Below, piece by piece: positions 28,832 through 38,541 of a stretch of DNA of 64,000 nt. The DNA is taken from positions 288,001-352,000 of the forward strand of contig CAVVHS010000006.1 of NCBI GenBank assembly GCA_963748215.1, read 5' to 3'. This DNA comes from an uncultured Gammaproteobacteria bacterium (GTDB taxonomy: Bacteria; Pseudomonadota; Gammaproteobacteria; UBA9214). How positions within the stretch are numbered: position 1 is the first letter of the stretch; each line of letters opens with the position of its first letter. The notes beneath the pieces were generated by a model. That model saw only the letters and a program-made list of their open reading frames with translations. It ran no database searches and was not told where the DNA came from. The position numbers and the translations under genes are program-made.

Positions 28832-29679
28832 GTGCGTGCGGAGTCCCGGCCCTGCCTGAATTCGCGTACCAGGAGAAAGATGCCGGTAAGTATAATGGAA
28901 GCCCCGATAGCCATGCCAATAAACAGGGAATAGTCGAAATAGTAGGCATCGCGCACCGGGTCGTAGCTGGTACAGAACAGGTTCACCTTGTCCAGCAGTC
29001 CGGCGAGCAGGCCCTGATTCGGCTTGGGTCGTCCGAACACGAGTTCCTTGAGGGGTTCTACCAGTAACGGTGTATCGAATACCTCTCCGTACACCTGCCG
29101 GTAGACGCGACCCTCGGCGTCGATCACCGTGGTCTGCGTGATATGGTCGAACCCGCTGGGTGAAGAATAAAACTCAAACCCCAATTCCTTGCTCAGGACA
29201 TTGACGGTATCCGGGCTGGCGCTGAGCAGGTACCAGCCGCGGTCATCGATACCCTGCTTTTTGGCGAACTGGATCATGGCCTGCGGGCTGTCGTTGTAGG
29301 CATCGAAACCGAGCACGGCAACGTTGAAGCTGTCTTCACCCAGGGCCTTGCGTGCCTTCTCGACTACCCCGGCGAGATGGCGTGTGGTCATGGGGCAGAT
29401 CTGGGCGCAGCTGGTATAGATCAGGCTCAATACCAGCGGCTTGCCGCGCAGTTCGTGCATGGGCAGGGCGCGACCTTTGTCGTCGGTCAGGGAGTGATTG
29501 CCGAGCACCTGGCCGATGGCGTCCTGGCTCTTCTGAAGGGCTTCCTTGTAGCGAAATTCCTTGACCGGGTCCAGCGGCAGATTTCCTCTCGCCGATCCGT
29601 ATGCTGCCTGGGCTACGCAAAAAAATGCGCAACACATAACAGCGAGTAGCAGGACGGGAGACCGGGACGCATACCGCAT
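28828..29679 (-). CDS. SCO-family protein with C-terminal extension and TM anchor
   Basis: SLIYTSCAQICP, GFDHITQ, then LFCTSYDP...YSLFIG TM. Confidence 0.85.
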   Translation of the reverse strand: MRYASRSPVLLLAVMCCAFFCVAQAAYGSARGNLPLDPVKEFRYKEALQKSQDAIGQVLGNHSLTDDKGRALPMHELRGKPLVLSLIYTSCAQICPMTTRHLAGVVEKARKALGEDSFNVAVLGFDAYNDSPQAMIQFAKKQGIDDRGWYLLSASPDTVNVLSKELGFEFYSSPSGFDHITQTTVIDAEGRVYRQVYGEVFDTPLLVEPLKELVFGRPKPNQGLLAGLLDKVNLFCTSYDPVRDAYYFDYSLFIGMAIGASIILTGIFLLVREFRQGRDSART

Positions 29680-29718
29680 GTTCGAGTGCCTCAAGGGCGA
29701 ATAACGCAGCACACGTTA

Positions 29719-30630
29719 TCAGCCAATCAGCTGGGCGTCGAGTACGGCAAATACCAGTAGCACAATTAATTGAACCAGTGAGGCGAAAAAGGCACGCATG
29801 CCGTTCCCCGGGGAGGTGTCCTGCACCAGTAGCAGGCTACGGTAGATAAAATATCCGCCCCCGAGCAGGGCGCCGGCCAGGTACAGCCAGCCGAGGCCAA
29901 AGAAAAACGGCAGGATGGAGGTGCCCACCAGCAGTAGCGTGTGAGCCAGCACCACTTTGGCTGCTGTTGCATTGCCCACCTGCACCGGCAACATGGGCAC
30001 GCCGACGGCCTCGTAGTCCTTGTGCCGCGCGATGGCCAGGCTCCAGAAATGCGGAGGGGTCCAGAGGAACAGCACCATGGCCAGTATCAGGGGGACTGGT
30101 CCCAGGCCGGGATCGACCACGGCCGCGCCGGCGAGCACGGCAAAGCTGCCCGAGGCGCCACCGATCACAATGTTCATCGATGTGCGGCGTTTCAGCCATA
30201 CGGTATAGACGACGGCATAAAAGAACGCGCCCAGAAAGATATACAGGGCAGCCATGCCGTTGAGCAACCACCCGGCCATGCCCACGCCGACCAGCAGCAT
30301 GGCGCCGATCAACAGCAGCCACCAGCGTTCATGCGCAAAGGCGCCGGTCACGAAGGGGCGGTCAGCGGTGCGGCGCATGCGCGCATCGATGTCGGTCTCG
30401 TAATACTGGTTGAATGCGCCTGCACTGCTGGCCGCCAGCAGTACGGTGGCGGCCAGAACCAGCACCTGCCCGGGAGCTACCGGATGCCCGGGTGTCACGA
30501 CCAGGGCCACCACAGAGGTGAGAGCCATGACGATACCGATGCGCAGCTTGAAGAGATTGGACAACTGATTAAGCAGCGCCGGCCAGTCAAATGGCTGTGT
30601 TAATGCAGCATTTACAGAGACTCTTGGCAT
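29719..30630 (-). CDS. ctaB: Protoheme IX farnesyltransferase (heme O synthase)
   Basis: FNQYYETDIDARMRRTADRP, YTVWLKRRT, FLWTPPHFWSLA, DY..VGVPMLP. Confidence 0.95.
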   Translation of the reverse strand: MPRVSVNAALTQPFDWPALLNQLSNLFKLRIGIVMALTSVVALVVTPGHPVAPGQVLVLAATVLLAASSAGAFNQYYETDIDARMRRTADRPFVTGAFAHERWWLLLIGAMLLVGVGMAGWLLNGMAALYIFLGAFFYAVVYTVWLKRRTSMNIVIGGASGSFAVLAGAAVVDPGLGPVPLILAMVLFLWTPPHFWSLAIARHKDYEAVGVPMLPVQVGNATAAKVVLAHTLLLVGTSILPFFFGLGWLYLAGALLGGGYFIYRSLLLVQDTSPGNGMRAFFASLVQLIVLLVFAVLDAQLIG

Positions 30631-30688
30631 AATCGTGTACCCGTAAAGTCAATGCGGGGCGAGGTGATACCCCCGCCCCGCACGGGCG

Positions 30689-32413
30689 CTAGCTGAGCGG
30701 CCAGACTGAGGCCAGATACTTCCAGTTGATGAAATAATACACAACGAAGGAGACCAGCAGCACCATCGCCAGCGCAAAGGTGCCGGGAGCTTCAAAACCG
30801 GCTGAACGGTGCTCCCCGAGAGGCTCCGCCATGGGCAGCACGGCAGGCTGCGCCGTGTAGTTACCGGACGACAGCGGTATGCCGAAGCTCTGCAGGAAAC
30901 CGGCTGACGGATCCAGTTGCTTGCCGAACACCAGGGAGCCGACCGTGATGAGCAGGTAGGCGCCGCCGCCGATAACGGCAAGCACCGCTCCCATGCCGGC
31001 GATACCCATCAGGGTGTAGGCCATGCCCGAGTACTCGAAACTCAGCGCAGCACCGGTGAAGTCCATGTCCCAATGACGCCGGGACACACCGAGGGTGCCG
31101 GCACCCAGCATGAACAGGATCAGGATGGTCATACCTGCCCCGAACAGGTAGGGCTGCCACTTGGCCAGTGTGGGCAGAATCATCTGGCGCCGGAACAAAA
31201 CGGGGATCAGGAAAAATGTCAGACCCATGAACGTCAGGGTGGTGCCGACCGCCACCGTGGCGTGGAAGTGGGCCGGGACATAGATGGTGTTATGGATGAT
31301 CAGGTTGATCTGTTCCGTACCCATCACAACACCCGTAATGCCACCGATAAACCCGAAAATGATAATCGAGATAAAGGTGGAGGAGAATACCGGGTTGCCC
31401 CAGGGCGCCTTGCGCAGCCATTCGAACAGGCCGTGCGTATAGCCTTTCTGGCGCTGGGCGACTTCCATGGAGCCCGGTACCGTCAGGCCATGGATCATGC
31501 TGGCCAGGACCGCGAGATACATGGCATAACTGGTGTTGAAGATCTTCCACTCGGCGCTGATACCCGGGTCCACCAGGATGTGATGGGCGCAGGCGAGTTG
31601 CAGGAACAGGATGTAGAGCAGAAATGCGGTGCGGCTCACTTTCTCCGACATGGGGCGTGCACCGAATACCAGGCCAGCGACCAGGTACCATACCGACACA
31701 TGCGCGACGACGTTGATCTGCTGGGAGGAATGGCCCATGCCCCACCAGATGAGGCGGTACATCTCCGCATCGATGTTCGCAATATAGCCGATCGACCACA
31801 GGAAGGTGGGGATCAGGATGATGGCGCCGCTGGCGATGGTGAATACGGCGATAATGGCGGCGGTCATGGCGCCGAAGGTGACCAGCGGTATGGAACCCTC
31901 ATAGGTGCGTTCGTTCCTGGCAGTAACCAGGGTACCGAAAAACACGAAGCAACCGATCAGGGCGCCGACCGCAAACAGGATCAGTCCCAGGTAGAAATGC
32001 GGTGCTGCCTGCATCGGAACATAGGAGGTCATCATGACGCTCGAACTGCCCTGGAAAATGGCCACGTTGGTCGTAATCGCACCGATCAGCATCAGCGCAA
32101 AGCCCAGCCAGGCCCAGCGCGGTGTCGCCAGCCTGCACCTCAGCAGGGTCGAGGATGCAAAATAGAGAATCGCGATTTCGAAGAAAATGATCCAGAAGAT
32201 CAGTGCGTCGATGCCATGTGCCGTGAGGAACATGTAGAACTGATCAGCAGGCAGCAGGTGCACCGCCGGCCAGCGTGTCAGTGCCACACCGAGCGCCAGC
32301 ACGCCGGCCACCAGCAGGGAGACGGCGGCGGCGACTGCGTTGGCCTTCATCAGGCTTTCAGCTTGCTTGTCGAAATACAGGCCCGTGTCGGGGCAGAGTC
32401 TAAAGTTTGCCAT
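30689..32413 (-). CDS. Heme-copper oxidoreductase subunit I, eNOR-type nitric oxide reductase
   Basis: All six His present (LTAHG, GHSSQQIN, AHH, PAHFH); Gln rather than Tyr at His+4; B-family-like architecture; located in a nir cluster with a DNR box. Confidence 0.8.
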   Translation of the reverse strand: MANFRLCPDTGLYFDKQAESLMKANAVAAAVSLLVAGVLALGVALTRWPAVHLLPADQFYMFLTAHGIDALIFWIIFFEIAILYFASSTLLRCRLATPRWAWLGFALMLIGAITTNVAIFQGSSSVMMTSYVPMQAAPHFYLGLILFAVGALIGCFVFFGTLVTARNERTYEGSIPLVTFGAMTAAIIAVFTIASGAIILIPTFLWSIGYIANIDAEMYRLIWWGMGHSSQQINVVAHVSVWYLVAGLVFGARPMSEKVSRTAFLLYILFLQLACAHHILVDPGISAEWKIFNTSYAMYLAVLASMIHGLTVPGSMEVAQRQKGYTHGLFEWLRKAPWGNPVFSSTFISIIIFGFIGGITGVVMGTEQINLIIHNTIYVPAHFHATVAVGTTLTFMGLTFFLIPVLFRRQMILPTLAKWQPYLFGAGMTILILFMLGAGTLGVSRRHWDMDFTGAALSFEYSGMAYTLMGIAGMGAVLAVIGGGAYLLITVGSLVFGKQLDPSAGFLQSFGIPLSSGNYTAQPAVLPMAEPLGEHRSAGFEAPGTFALAMVLLVSFVVYYFINWKYLASVWPLS

Positions 32414-32419
32414 GCCTCA

Positions 32420-32962
32420 TCACTCCTTCACGTAAATTCTGCCGAGCATGGTATGGTGACCAATGCCGCAGAATTCGTTACAGACCACGCCGTACTCACC
32501 GGCGACATCAGGGGTTATCGTCAGCACCATTTCATAGCCGGGAACCACCTGCATATTGATGTTGACGGGCTGCAGGGAGAACCCGTGCTGCCAGTCCATG
32601 GAGGAGAGGTGCAGTCGGTAGCTCTTGTCTTTCTCCAGTTCCAGGATCGGCCACCATTGCCACAAACGCCCCAGCATATAGATGTCGCTGCCAGCCGGCG
32701 GATGCACAACCGGGATCTTCTGCTCGGTTTCGGTACGGACAGTATACTGGTCGATCATGTCCTGGACCTTGGCGCCGAATTGGGCTGGCGTGGTCCGGTA
32801 GGCTTCGCTGGAGAGGTTCTGTTTTCCGTACACATGCCAGTACGGCATCATGAAAAACATGATCAGACACCAGATCAGCGCAATGCCGATCCAGACGATT
32901 TCCTCGCGGCCAACGGGTACCTTCCACCAGATGCGCTGTGCGGGCGGTAAATAAGAAGTCAT
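32420..32962 (-). CDS. Subunit II with CuA centre (eNOR/ba3-type)
   Basis: Single TM; DWQHGF and CNEFCGIGHHTM CuA ligands. Confidence 0.9.
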   Translation of the reverse strand: MTSYLPPAQRIWWKVPVGREEIVWIGIALIWCLIMFFMMPYWHVYGKQNLSSEAYRTTPAQFGAKVQDMIDQYTVRTETEQKIPVVHPPAGSDIYMLGRLWQWWPILELEKDKSYRLHLSSMDWQHGFSLQPVNINMQVVPGYEMVLTITPDVAGEYGVVCNEFCGIGHHTMLGRIYVKE

Positions 32963-32989
32963 GGCTGTGTGATCCTCCCTGGGTATCGA

Positions 32990-33157
32990 CTATTGAGCGA
33001 TGGGCAAGCTGAGGATTTCCATGATCCCCCAGATGATGTAGAAAACCGTAGGCATTGCGACACCGATGAAAAGCAGCAGGAACGGGTTTTCCAGCAGGGA
33101 CTGCATTGCCGGGATGCGTTCGTCTTCGTTACTGGGGTTGTTACCTGGATCAGCCAT
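32990..33157 (-). CDS. Small single-TM subunit (IIa-like)
   Basis: RBS AAGGAGA; 55 aa IPAMQSLLENPFLLLFIG...IIWGIMEI, directly upstream of subunit II. Confidence 0.75.
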   Translation of the reverse strand: MADPGNNPSNEDERIPAMQSLLENPFLLLFIGVAMPTVFYIIWGIMEILSLPIAQ

Positions 33158-33248
33158 GGTTTTCTCCTTCGGGAACGCCTGTGTTACGGACAATCAGTTC
33201 ACATGTGACCAATTGCCGCAATCATCTTGAATAACTGGCAAACCATCC

Positions 33249-33262
33249 TTGATATAAGTCAA
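33249..33262. promoter_or_regulatory. FNR/DNR box upstream of the eNOR operon
   Basis: TTGATATAAGTCAA, one mismatch to consensus. Confidence 0.7.
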
Positions 33263-33641
33263 GGCAGCCAATTTAGTTCCAATGCCCGCACTGGTTCTGC
33301 ATTGTTCAAAACCGGTAATGCCGCTGACCTGGCAAACCGTGTGTGCCGGGCATCTGCTGGCTGTAGTGCCGGTTCAGGCTGTCTGCCCCGCGCGTGGCTG
33401 CATGAGCCCGTTATATCCCGTCTTGTTTCCGGTCGCCGGTCGCGACAGTGATCTGCGTGATGGTCGAACCCGCTGGGTGAAACGTCGATTAATCAACATC
33501 TTTATCATGTTACATGGATGTATTAATGAAGAACGTGCCGGCAGGAACTATCCTGTGCGTTACTTATCCAATCCGTTCACTACCGGTTGTCAGTTCAGGT
33601 GGTGAGCTGATTACGGGTGAATGATACGGGAGAACAGCGTC

Positions 33642-34595
33642 ATGGATTTGTCAGTCAAGGAAAACATCTATCTGCAACGGGAACAACTCGCAGGCCTGCT
33701 GCACGCGCCGCTGGCGCATCTGGCCGAGAAATGTGCGCCGGCCTGGGATGACCGCCAGCAGCTCAATGACGTACTCATGGACGGTTTCGCCAGCATTCCG
33801 CATTGCAACTACCTGTACTGCCTCAATACCAGCGGTGTGCAGGTCTCTGACAACATCGGGCAGCATGGCGTGAGGACCGATTATTTCGGCCGCGACCGTT
33901 CGCAGCGCCCCTACATGAAAGAAGCGGTACCGGTGTGGGGCTTTCTGCTCTCGGACGCCTACATCAGTCTGTCCGAGAATCGGCCCTCACTCACGGCCCT
34001 GGGGGTCGTGCACGACGGTTCCGGTACCCTCGGCTACGTAGGGGCCGATTTCGACCTGCGCAACCTGCCGGCGACACCGAAGCTCTACGAGGAATCCGCG
34101 ATCTGGCGCCAGATCAAGGGTGATCCGGCCATTCGCGGTGCGGTGTTCCAGCAACACCGCATCGAGAGCCCCATGGATCGCAATTTCGAGCAGACGCTGT
34201 CCATCCTGGAGGAATTGCTGACCCAGCGTGGTGTCTTCCAGTGCCAGATTCACTTTTCAAGCAGCCAGATCACCCTCTGGACGGCCGACGACCCGTTCCG
34301 CTACCGGATTCTTGATCACGAGGCCCTGAGCGACCCGGACATCTGCCTGGTCTATCCGCCGCGTGCCTATCCGCCGGATGCGGTCATTCCGCAGGACACC
34401 ATCGCGCGCATTCTGGAGACGCTTCAACCACTGCGCATGACCGACGAGAACCTCTACCTGCGCATGTCCTCGATCAACATCTTCAACGGCATGATCAGCC
34501 TGACGTTCTCCTGTGATGGTTCGCACTATATGCGCTACGACGAGTTCCTCGTCAAGAACACCGCCTTCTGGTTCGGCACCGCCGCCTGCGCCTGA
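33642..34595 (+). CDS. Soluble protein with a PDC/Cache-like sensor domain and no recognisable output domain
   Basis: LYCLNTSGVQVSDNI...GRDRSQRPY...LSDAYIS...RPSLTA...GYVGADF; no TM segments. Confidence 0.65.
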   Translation: MDLSVKENIYLQREQLAGLLHAPLAHLAEKCAPAWDDRQQLNDVLMDGFASIPHCNYLYCLNTSGVQVSDNIGQHGVRTDYFGRDRSQRPYMKEAVPVWGFLLSDAYISLSENRPSLTALGVVHDGSGTLGYVGADFDLRNLPATPKLYEESAIWRQIKGDPAIRGAVFQQHRIESPMDRNFEQTLSILEELLTQRGVFQCQIHFSSSQITLWTADDPFRYRILDHEALSDPDICLVYPPRAYPPDAVIPQDTIARILETLQPLRMTDENLYLRMSSINIFNGMISLTFSCDGSHYMRYDEFLVKNTAFWFGTAACA

Positions 34596-34681
34596 CAGGC
34601 TACCGGCGCATTCAAAAGCACCTGTAGATACAAGGAGCGGACCGCGTCCGCGATCCTTTCATAGCCTGCACGGACGGGTTA

Positions 34682-36262
34682 TCAGTGACTGGTGCCTTCG
34701 GAACGCGTGATCTTGTTGTAGACGTTGTACTTGCCGACCGGTTTCTTCATCGGGATGCGCTTGACCTCTTCCAGTGTGTCGGCGTCGTAGACCACGATGG
34801 CGCCATCCATCTCCCAGATGCTCAGCAGCGCGTACTTGCCGTCACGGGTGAATTCGACATGGGCCGCGGTCTTGCCGGGGGCAGGACGCAGGGTTCTGAC
34901 GATCTCGAGCGTCTGCTTGTCGATGACATGTACGGCGTCCTTGTCCGGGCCGGAAAAGACATCGACCCAGGCATAGCGCGAGTTTTCATGGCTGCGCATG
35001 AAAAAGCCCGGGCCGAGCGTTTTGATCTTCTTCACCGTCTTCCAGTCTTTCATGTCGATGACAGTCACCACGCTTTCTTTCAGGTTCGGCGTGGCGAGCA
35101 CGGTCGTGTCACCATAGGGCCAGGTGATGCCCGATCCGAGGTGTGGCATACCGGTCAGTTCCACGTCGGCGATCTTGCGCCCGACAATCAGGTTCACTAC
35201 CTGGCCATTGTTGCTGTTGCGGGCTGCACCGATCAGGTGCTGGTAGGACGGGTCAAAAAAGAAGTCATCCAGGTAGTCGTCCAGCTCGATGCGCCGCACC
35301 GGGAAGCGGCCGGTCTCGGCCAGGCCCTCACCCATGCGGTAATCGTGCACCAGGCCGCGGTACACCGGCGGCGGGTTGTCGCTGTAGTTGATTTCCCAGA
35401 CTTCCTGCAGGTCCTTGAGTGCGACGATGAAACTTTCCCGTGGCGGGGCGGTGTAGACCGCACTGACCCGCGAGCCCTGGCCGGAATCGTCCTGTACGGG
35501 GATCACCCTGATCAGGCTCAGATCGCGGGCATCCAGCACGACCAGCGTATGAGGCAGGTAGTTGCCGACCATCACGAAACGGTCATCAGCGGATACCGCG
35601 GCGTTGCGCGTGTTGATGCCGGCACGGATCTCGGCGATGGTCTCCAGCCGGTACATGTCGAACTTGCTGATCCAGCCGTCGCGCGAGGCGAAATACACAT
35701 AGCGTCCGGTGGCTGAGTATTTGGGGCCACCATGCAGCGCATAGCGTGACTTGAAGCGGTGAATCGGTTCCAGCTTGTCGCCGTCCAGTACCGAGACATG
35801 GTGATCGCCGGCCTCGACCACCAGGAACAGGTTGAGCGGATCGGCGCTATAGACCGGCTTGAGATCCGCCGCCGCGGCTGCCAGCAGCTCCGGCTTGTGA
35901 ATAACGTGGCTCGCACGGATTTCTGCCTCGCCCCACACGGGCATTGTCGCAGGACTGGAGTAGATATAGGTGACGAGGGCATCGATCTGCTGTGCATCGA
36001 GTTTGCCGGCGAAGGCAGGCATCTGGGTCGCCGGCAGGCCACCGGCGATGACCGTGGCCGCGTTGTCCTTGCGCAGGCGCTGCAGGTTGTCCGGCAGCAG
36101 TGCCGGTCCCGTGCCGCCGAGGCGATCGGCGCCGTGGCAGCCGGCACAGTGTGCGTTGTAGAGTGTTGCGGCATCCGGTTCGGCAGCGCTGGCATGGTTG
36201 AGGAGTACGGTGCAGACACCTGCAATTAACCAATTCAAGCGTACTTGTGCTGGACGTCCCAT
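34682..36262 (-). CDS. nirN: Dihydro-heme d1 dehydrogenase NirN
   Basis: CAGCH cytochrome c domain plus d1 propeller (LHGGPKY, MPHLGSG, GKYNV). Confidence 0.9.
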   Translation of the reverse strand: MGRPAQVRLNWLIAGVCTVLLNHASAAEPDAATLYNAHCAGCHGADRLGGTGPALLPDNLQRLRKDNAATVIAGGLPATQMPAFAGKLDAQQIDALVTYIYSSPATMPVWGEAEIRASHVIHKPELLAAAAADLKPVYSADPLNLFLVVEAGDHHVSVLDGDKLEPIHRFKSRYALHGGPKYSATGRYVYFASRDGWISKFDMYRLETIAEIRAGINTRNAAVSADDRFVMVGNYLPHTLVVLDARDLSLIRVIPVQDDSGQGSRVSAVYTAPPRESFIVALKDLQEVWEINYSDNPPPVYRGLVHDYRMGEGLAETGRFPVRRIELDDYLDDFFFDPSYQHLIGAARNSNNGQVVNLIVGRKIADVELTGMPHLGSGITWPYGDTTVLATPNLKESVVTVIDMKDWKTVKKIKTLGPGFFMRSHENSRYAWVDVFSGPDKDAVHVIDKQTLEIVRTLRPAPGKTAAHVEFTRDGKYALLSIWEMDGAIVVYDADTLEEVKRIPMKKPVGKYNVYNKITRSEGTSH

Positions 36263-36294
36263 AATTTACCTGGATGCTGCGTAGGAGTGTTACT

Positions 36295-36358
36295 GGTGCG
36301 CAAAGCGCACCCTACAACTTTATCTCAATTCCATTTCGTAGGGTGCGCTCAGCGCACC
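36295..36358. repeat. GTAG-family REP doublet
   Basis: GGTGCGCAAAGCGCACCCTAC (36295-36315) and the inverted copy GTAGGGTGCGCTCAGCGCACC (36338-36358). Confidence 0.75.
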
Positions 36359-36365
36359 GCCATGT

Positions 36366-37583
36366 TCAGCTCGCACGCCGTATGGTGCGTACCTGCAATG
36401 CCATGGGTTCCGGTTTTGCGTCAGCGTAATCCGCCGGGTCGATGTCCAGTTCCCGGTCATCCAGGTAGCAGGCCGGATCCTCCCACCACGGGTCGCCGGT
36501 CATCTGGAAGGCGCGCACGCGGGTGTTGCCGCCGCACACCGCCCGGTAGCCGCACACACCGCAGCGTCCGCGCAAGGGCCGCGGCGAGGCCTTGAGGCCC
36601 GCCATCAGCGGGTCGCGGGTGTCGACCCAGATTTCGGAGAACGGCCGTTCCCTGACATTGCCCAGGTTGTAGTTCCACCAGAAGGTGTCCGGGTGCACGT
36701 TGCCCAGGTTGTCGATATTGGCGATGTTGACACCGGAGGAATTGCCGCCCCAGTTCACCAGCCGTTTGTGCAGCTCGGCATGACGTTCCGGCAGGTGGCG
36801 CGCCACCCAGTGCAGCAGGTAGACCGCATCGGCGTCGTTGTTGCCGGTGACGAACTCGCGCTTGCCGCCGGCCTGCACATCGGTCCAGCAGGCGTCGAAC
36901 AGCTGGTCCATGACCTGCCGGGTGGTGCTGTGGATGACATCGGAGGCGCGATGCCGGTTGCCGCGGCCGCCGTAGTTCAGGTGTGATACGTACAGCTTGT
37001 CGACACCTTCCGCGTCCATCAGGCGCAGGATGTCCGGCAGCTCATGGGCGGTGTCCTGTGTCGGGGTGAAGCGCATGCCGACCTTGATGCCGGCGTCGCG
37101 GCACAGGCGAATGGCGGCCAGCGAGGCGTCGAATGCCCCCTGTTTCTGCCGGAAGCGGTCGTGCGTGGCGCGCATGCCGTCGAGGCTGATGCCGACATAG
37201 TCGTAACCGATGGATGCGATGCGTTCGATGTTGTCCGCGTCGATCAGCGTGCCGTTGCTGGACAGGCCGACGTAGAAGCCCATGGCCCTGGCGCGCGCCG
37301 AGATATCATAGATATCCGGGCGCAGCAGCGGTTCGCCGCCCGACAGGATCAGCACCGGCACACCGAAGCGCTTGAGGTCGTCCATGACCGCGTAAATCTC
37401 GGTCGTCGATAATTCACCGGGAAAATCGATATCCGCGGAAATCGAATAGCAATGCTTGCAGGTCAGGTTGCAGCGCCGGATCAGGTTCCAGATCACCACC
37501 GGGCCGGACGGCTGGCGCGCCGCCGGAATGGTATCGGGCGGCGGTTGCGACAGCAGTTGCATGTAATGCGAGATGCGGAACAT
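36366..37583 (-). CDS. nirJ: Heme d1 biosynthesis radical SAM protein
   Basis: MFRISHYM start, WNLIRRCNLTCKHCY, SPASM Cys cluster. Confidence 0.95.
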   Translation of the reverse strand: MFRISHYMQLLSQPPPDTIPAARQPSGPVVIWNLIRRCNLTCKHCYSISADIDFPGELSTTEIYAVMDDLKRFGVPVLILSGGEPLLRPDIYDISARARAMGFYVGLSSNGTLIDADNIERIASIGYDYVGISLDGMRATHDRFRQKQGAFDASLAAIRLCRDAGIKVGMRFTPTQDTAHELPDILRLMDAEGVDKLYVSHLNYGGRGNRHRASDVIHSTTRQVMDQLFDACWTDVQAGGKREFVTGNNDADAVYLLHWVARHLPERHAELHKRLVNWGGNSSGVNIANIDNLGNVHPDTFWWNYNLGNVRERPFSEIWVDTRDPLMAGLKASPRPLRGRCGVCGYRAVCGGNTRVRAFQMTGDPWWEDPACYLDDRELDIDPADYADAKPEPMALQVRTIRRAS

Positions 37584-37584
37584 A

Positions 37585-38094
37585 TCAGCCTCCCAGCCGC
37601 AGGCCGGTTTTTTTCAGGATACGGCTGCTGAACAGGATATCATGGCCGCGCTGCCGCGCGCCGAGCACGCCGGCGATCCGCTCCACCAGCGCGGCCACCT
37701 CGGGCCGGCTGTGGCCGTGCACCATGGCGAACAGGTTGTAGGGCCAGTCCGGCAGTACCCGCGGGCGGTGGTAGCAATGGCTGACGAAATCGAGCCTGCC
37801 GACTTCCGGGCCGACCGCACCGATGAACTCGTCCGGGATGTCCCACACCGTCATGCCGTTCGCCGTATAACCCAGGCGGTAATGGTTGGGTACGGCACCG
37901 ATGCGGCGGATGCGGCCATCGGCCAGCATGGCGTTGATGCGCTCCATTACCCGTTCGGGCGTGACGCCGAGTTCGGCCGCAAGCCAGTGATAGGGGCGGG
38001 CGTCCAGCGGTAACCCGGTCTGCGTGGCCAGCACCAGGCGCCGGTCCAGGTCTGGCAGTGACTCTGTCGCGCATGCTGCCTTGCCGGTCGTCAT
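37585..38094 (-). CDS. nirH: Siroheme decarboxylase subunit NirH
   Basis: IGAVPNHYRLGYTANGMTVW, VSHCYHRPR, WPYNLFAMVHG, ILKKTGLRL. Confidence 0.9.
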   Translation of the reverse strand: MTTGKAACATESLPDLDRRLVLATQTGLPLDARPYHWLAAELGVTPERVMERINAMLADGRIRRIGAVPNHYRLGYTANGMTVWDIPDEFIGAVGPEVGRLDFVSHCYHRPRVLPDWPYNLFAMVHGHSRPEVAALVERIAGVLGARQRGHDILFSSRILKKTGLRLGG

Positions 38095-38097
38095 GCA

Positions 38098-38541
38098 CTA
38101 AACCTCGAAATGCAGGCCGACATAGAACTCCTCCAGCTTCGGCAGGTTCAGGACCGCCAGTCCGGTGACCTGTTCGATACGCTCGATGGCCGACTGCAAT
38201 GCCGCCGGTGTTTCCGTGGCCAGCACGAACCACATGTTCATGTGATGATCGCGCTGGTAGTTGTGTGCGACCTCCGGCAAGGCATTGACTGTATTCGCCA
38301 CGGCCTCGAAACGTTCCTGCGGAACATGCATCGCGCACAGGCTGAGCGCGCCACCCATCTGCTCGGCATGAAACAGCGGGCCGAAGCGCGTCAGCAGGCC
38401 ATCATCCAGCATGCAGCCGATGCGCGTGATGAGCTCGCTTTCCGTGCTGCCCAGCCGATCGGCAACCTCGAGGAAGGGCTGCTCGCAGACCGGGAAGCCG
38501 CCTTGCAGTTCGTTGATGATGCGGCGGTCCAGTGCGTCCAT
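38098..38541 (-). CDS. nirG: Siroheme decarboxylase subunit NirG
   Basis: MDALDRRIINELQGGFP, RFGPLF, VAHNYQRDH, EEFYVGL; start at ATG 38541. Confidence 0.9.
   Translation of the reverse strand: MDALDRRIINELQGGFPVCEQPFLEVADRLGSTESELITRIGCMLDDGLLTRFGPLFHAEQMGGALSLCAMHVPQERFEAVANTVNALPEVAHNYQRDHHMNMWFVLATETPAALQSAIERIEQVTGLAVLNLPKLEEFYVGLHFEV

Noticed and set aside
30917-32950. Long antisense ORFs (677 aa here; also 2101-3267, 8572-9903, 40982-42403, 57756-59390)
   Set aside because: Shadow frames opposite well-supported genes in high-GC DNA, with no motifs.
30689-32962. Ordinary ba3/aa3 cytochrome c oxidase
   Set aside because: It lacks the cross-linking Tyr at His+4 (Gln instead) and lies in a DNR-boxed nir context.
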